Shown here in pieces: positions 14,682-18,133 of a stretch of DNA of 18,133 nucleotides; the first letter of the stretch is position 1, and the number at the start of each line of letters is the position of its first letter. The stretch lies in the NCBI GenBank assembly GCA_043816185.1, contig JBDRIG010000096.1, positions 1 to 18,133 of the forward strand. The letters are read 5' to 3'. The stretch comes from Elusimicrobiota bacterium (GTDB lineage Bacteria; Elusimicrobiota; UBA8919). The notes beneath the pieces were generated by a model. That model was not told where the DNA came from, ran no database searches, and was given only the letters and a program-made list of their open reading frames with translations. The translations under genes and the position numbers were made by a program.

Positions 14682-16148
14682 ATGGATTTAACAAATTTAA
14701 CTGCTTGTGAAATTACTGAAAAAATAAAAAAACGAGAAATTTCGACAAGGGAAACTACCGAATATTTTCTGAAAAGAATTGAAAAATTTGACGAAAAAAT
14801 TCATGCTTTCAATTCCGTTTTTATCGAAAAATCCTTGAAAAAAGCAGATGAAATTGACGAAAAAATTAAAAAAAATGAGCACGTAGGTATTCTTGCAGGA
14901 CTTCCTATTGCCATAAAAGATAATATGTGTATCAATGGCGAGAAAACAACCTGCTCATCAAAAATACTCGAAAATTATATCGCACCTTATAATGCGACGG
15001 TTATAAAAAAACTTGAAGACGAAGATACAGTTTTTATCGGCAAAACAAATATGGACGAATTTGCAATGGGTTCTTCTTGCGAAAACTCCGCATTTTTTGC
15101 CACTAAAAATCCTTGGGACTTGGAAAGAATTCCAGGCGGATCGTCGGGAGGAAGTGCTGCCTGCGTTGCATCTGGTATGTCGACAGTATCGCTTGGCTCG
15201 GATACTGGTGGCTCTATCAGACAACCCGCATCTCTTTGCGGATGCGTCGGCTTAAAGCCAACATATGGAAGAGTTTCCAGATATGGGCTTGTTGCTTTCG
15301 CATCATCATTAGATCAAATTGGTCCTTTTGCAAAAACAGTAAAAGATGCATCACTTATTCTACAAGTTATTTCTGGTTACGACGAAAAAGACTCTACGTC
15401 TATAAAAATCCCTGTTGAAAATTATCTTTCAGAAATTGAAAAAGACATCAATGGTTTAACAATCGGGCTTCCGAAAGAGTATTTTATTGACGGTATGAAT
15501 AAAGAGGTTGAAAAAGCGGTCCGTGACTCTGTAAAAATTTTTGAAAAATTGGGGGCAAAAATAAAAGAAGTATCGCTTCCTCATACAAAATATGCTATCA
15601 GCGTTTATTACATAATTGCACCGTCGGAAGCATCAGCAAATCTTGCAAGATATGACGGTGTAAAATATGGCTTCCGCGCAGTGTCAGAAACGTCAGATTC
15701 GCTTATTGAAATGTATGAAAAAACTAGGGCACTCGGATTTGGTAGTGAAGTAAAAAGAAGAATAATGCTCGGAACTTACGCGCTTTCATCTGGTTATTAC
15801 GACGCATATTATCTTAAAGCACAAAAAGTTAGGACACTTATAAAAAATGATTTTGATAACATTTTTAAAGATGTTGATATGATTTTAACACCAACAACAC
15901 CTTCAACAGCATTCAAAATTGGTGAAAAAACATCCGACCCTTTACAAATGTATCTTTCCGATATTTTTACTATTTCCTGTAATCTTGCAGGAAACTGTGG
16001 AATTTCTTTGCCATGCGGTTTCTCGTCGACAAATCTGCCTATCGGACTTCAACTTCTTGGAAAACCGTTTGACGAAAAAACAATTTTAAGAGCAGCGCAC
16101 AATTTTCAAAAAGAAACAGATTATCATCTAAGATATCCAAAAATATAG
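14682..16148 (+). CDS. gatA: Asp/Glu-tRNA amidotransferase subunit A
   Basis: IAIKDN, GKTNMDEFAMGSS, PGGSSGGSA, GSDTGGSIRQPA, ARYDGVKYG, EVKRRIMLG. Confidence 0.97.
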   Translation: MDLTNLTACEITEKIKKREISTRETTEYFLKRIEKFDEKIHAFNSVFIEKSLKKADEIDEKIKKNEHVGILAGLPIAIKDNMCINGEKTTCSSKILENYIAPYNATVIKKLEDEDTVFIGKTNMDEFAMGSSCENSAFFATKNPWDLERIPGGSSGGSAACVASGMSTVSLGSDTGGSIRQPASLCGCVGLKPTYGRVSRYGLVAFASSLDQIGPFAKTVKDASLILQVISGYDEKDSTSIKIPVENYLSEIEKDINGLTIGLPKEYFIDGMNKEVEKAVRDSVKIFEKLGAKIKEVSLPHTKYAISVYYIIAPSEASANLARYDGVKYGFRAVSETSDSLIEMYEKTRALGFGSEVKRRIMLGTYALSSGYYDAYYLKAQKVRTLIKNDFDNIFKDVDMILTPTTPSTAFKIGEKTSDPLQMYLSDIFTISCNLAGNCGISLPCGFSSTNLPIGLQLLGKPFDEKTILRAAHNFQKETDYHLRYPKI

Positions 16149-16183
16149 AAAGGGGTAAAACAACTGATAACAAAAAAAACTAC

Positions 16184-16224
16184 TTGACAAAAGTAACTTA
16201 ATCCTGTATACTCTTTGTAGATAC
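16184..16224 (+). promoter_or_regulatory. sigma70-type promoter and probable autoregulatory operator of mazEF
   Basis: TTGACA (16184-16189), 17 bp, TATACT (16207-16212); imperfect palindrome gtatactctttgtagatac (16206-16224); AAGGAGG RBS follows. Confidence 0.75.
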
Positions 16225-16240
16225 GAAAAAGGAGGTTCCA

Positions 16241-16483
16241 ATGGTGACACATATTCAAAAATGGGGTAATAGTCTCGCCATACGAATTCCCAAATTAATT
16301 GCTACCGAGGTAAAATTAAATCCAGGTACAGAAGTTAAATTACTACTAGTTGGAAAAAAACTAACAATATTTCCTGTTGGTGTAAGCAAATTTTCACTTC
16401 GCTATCTTGTATCTAAGATTACTAAAAAGAACTGTCATCGTGAAATTGATACAGGTCAACCTGTTGGGAATGAGATTTGGTAA
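16241..16483 (+). CDS. mazE: AbrB/MazE-family antitoxin
   Basis: IQKWGNSLAIRIPK; terminal H.EIDTG.PVGNEIW. Confidence 0.92.
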   Translation: MVTHIQKWGNSLAIRIPKLIATEVKLNPGTEVKLLLVGKKLTIFPVGVSKFSLRYLVSKITKKNCHREIDTGQPVGNEIW

Positions 16484-16488
16484 ATATT

Positions 16489-16824
16489 ATGAAATATATT
16501 CCTGATAGAGGGCATGTTATTTGGATTAGTTTGAATCCGCAGGTGGGACATGAGCAAGCAGGACGGCGACCAGCGATAGTTTTGTCTCCGGCAATTTATA
16601 ACAATAAAACTAGTCTTGCTATTTTGTGTCCCATCACAAACCAGTCAAAAGGATACCCTTTTGAAGTAATGATTCCGACAGGGAAATATATATCAGGTGT
16701 TATATTATCTGACCAGATTAAATATCTTGATTGGCGTGTACGAAATGCTGGGTTAATTTGTATATTACCCGAAACAGTAATTATAGAAGTTCTTAAAAAA
16801 ATTGGAACATTACTACAATTTTAA
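16489..16824 (+). CDS. mazF: MazF/PemK endoribonuclease toxin
   Basis: YIPDRG..IW...PQVGHEQAGRRPAIVLS, CPIT...KGYPFEV, DQIK.LDW..R; TTG 16477 is an alternative start. Confidence 0.93.
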   Translation: MKYIPDRGHVIWISLNPQVGHEQAGRRPAIVLSPAIYNNKTSLAILCPITNQSKGYPFEVMIPTGKYISGVILSDQIKYLDWRVRNAGLICILPETVIIEVLKKIGTLLQF

Positions 16825-16901
16825 AAGTATTTGGAATGCGAAAAATGTTACAAAAAGTAAGCAAATATTATTGAAGGTGGAGGTTATAATAGGAGGGAAT
16901 T

Positions 16902-17123
16902 ATGAGAGAAAAAATTGAGGAAGCACTAAAAAAAATAAGACCGTTTTTACAGAGAGACGGTGGTGATGTAAAACTTGTTGATGTTACGCCCGATGGAGTT
17001 GTGAAAGTAGAACTTCTACTTGCGTGCAAATGTTGTCCGATGGCATCGGTAACATTGAAAAACGGAATTGAGAAAGCATTAAAAAAGGAAGTTCCTGAAA
17101 TAAAATCGGTTGAAGCAATATAA
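16902..17123 (+). CDS. NifU C-terminal (Nfu-type) Fe-S cluster carrier
   Basis: IRPFLQRDGGDV, ACxxCP, TLKNGIE..LK..VPE; AGGAGG RBS. Confidence 0.9.
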   Translation: MREKIEEALKKIRPFLQRDGGDVKLVDVTPDGVVKVELLLACKCCPMASVTLKNGIEKALKKEVPEIKSVEAI

Positions 17124-17173
17124 ATCTTGATATTGATATAAAATCAGCGATTAAATTTTTAAAGTGGAAAAAT

Positions 17174-17872
17174 ATGACGAAAAAGCAGAGTGTTGGCAAA
17201 ACAATAGAGTCGTTGACAAAAATTTCTCAAGCGATAACTTCAAAACTTTATCTTGACGATATTCTTAAATTGATTGTCACGGTTACTGCTGAGGTACTTG
17301 GTTCAAAAATATGTTCTCTTATACTTATCAATGAAAATGGCGAACTTTTGATAAAAGCATCTCAGTCAATTTCCGACGAATATCTTAAAAAACCATTACT
17401 TAAAATAGGCGAAGGGATTGCAGGAATGGTCGTCAAAAAAAAGAAACCGATGTCAGTTTACAATATATCAAAAAACAGATATTATAAGTATAAAAAGATT
17501 GCAGAAAAAGAGGGGCTGAAGTCGGTTTTGTGTGCTCCGCTTTTAATCAAAGACAAGGTAATAGGTGCGATTGATGTTTATACATCAATTCCGCATAGAT
17601 TTACAAAGAAAGAAAAAAATATTTTAACAGCAGTTGCAAACCAGTCAGCAGTTGTTATTGAGAATACGGAACTTCTAGTGAAAACAAAAGTTATTTCCGA
17701 GGAACTTGAAATAAGAAAACTTGTTGAGCGTGCAAAAGGAATTTTAATGAAAAAGAATAATTTGCCTGAAGAGTCAGCGTACCGAATTATTCAAAAACAG
17801 GCGATGGACAGACGGAAATCAATGAAAGAAATAGCGGAAGCGATAATTTTAGTGAACGATATTAAGAAATAA
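17174..17872 (+). CDS. GAF and ANTAR domain RNA-binding regulator
   Basis: GAF motifs IGEGIAG, SVLCAPL..KDKVIG, F...E..IL..VANQ; ANTAR motif RKLVERAKGILM......EESAY..IQKQAMDRRKSMKEIAEAII. Confidence 0.92.
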   Translation: MTKKQSVGKTIESLTKISQAITSKLYLDDILKLIVTVTAEVLGSKICSLILINENGELLIKASQSISDEYLKKPLLKIGEGIAGMVVKKKKPMSVYNISKNRYYKYKKIAEKEGLKSVLCAPLLIKDKVIGAIDVYTSIPHRFTKKEKNILTAVANQSAVVIENTELLVKTKVISEELEIRKLVERAKGILMKKNNLPEESAYRIIQKQAMDRRKSMKEIAEAIILVNDIKK

Positions 17873-17914
17873 TTTTGCACAAGAGAAACAAAAGTTTAGA
17901 AATAAAAAAATTAC

Positions 17915-17947
17915 TTGACAATTTTTTTGTATGTCATATAGTATACA
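17915..17947 (+). promoter_or_regulatory. sigma70-type promoter with overlapping palindrome
   Basis: TTGACA (17915-17920), 16 bp, TATAGT (17937-17942); tgtat-N10-ataca (17928-17947); ATG 8 bp after the -10. Confidence 0.6.
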
Positions 17948-17950
17948 AGA

Positions 17951-18043
17951 ATGGAAAAGGTATTTTCAGAATTAGAATTTGACTGGGATACACATAATGA
18001 TACCGTTGAAAAAGTCAGTTGTAATTTCAGTTGGTATGCCTAA
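17951..18043 (+). pseudogene. Probable N-terminal fragment of a BrnT-like toxin
   Basis: MEKVFSELEFDWDTHND resembles the BrnT N-terminal F(D/E)WD..N motif; the frame continues into IS-end-like sequence and stops at 18041-18043. Confidence 0.5.
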
Positions 18044-18133
18044 ACAATATTTTCAAGCAACCACAAGGACAATAATTGTTAGTAACATTTACGGTTTTTC
18101 AAATATTTTTAAATTTTCGTTCTTTGAATCATT
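18001..18133. mobile_element. Possible IS/MITE end interrupting the toxin fragment
   Basis: accgttgaaaaagtc (18002-18016) resembles IS5/IS1182-type termini from recall; no full partner repeat inside the window. Confidence 0.35.

Noticed and set aside
1159..17199. Antisense and alternate-frame ORFs overlapping the main genes
   Set aside because: Shadow ORFs of well-supported + strand genes, without recognisable motifs.
17873..18133. ANTAR target dual-hairpin RNA near the GAF-ANTAR gene
   Set aside because: No pair of short stems with AxxGxx hexaloops was found by eye.

Overview
AT-rich bacterial chromosomal window in which every intact gene lies on the + strand. The housekeeping backbone is a GGQ release-factor-like rescue protein, a DUF362/4Fe-4S protein, recX, purH, alaS, a K+-dependent membrane pyrophosphatase, pcrA/uvrD, gatC-gatA, an Nfu-type Fe-S carrier and a GAF-ANTAR regulator. 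Accessory modules interrupt it: a type II R-M pair (methyltransferase fused to a degenerate staphylococcal-nuclease-like domain, plus an MjaI-like endonuclease), a mazEF pair, two broken BrnT-like toxin genes (one beside an intact antitoxin) and an IS481-like remnant. The most unusual signal is sub-genic. (i) Degenerate 7-bp tandem arrays are translated inside purH (two, in opposite orientation) and alaS (two). (ii) A branched palindrome family sits after stop codons. (iii) A 117-bp MITE with perfect 16-bp TIRs is inserted, with an AAT duplication, into the cgcAATgac arm of that palindrome, and two more matching ends share the same junction. (iv) A ~95-bp cassette is duplicated directly upstream of two unrelated genes. 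Family assignments come from motif recognition by eye; no searches were run.
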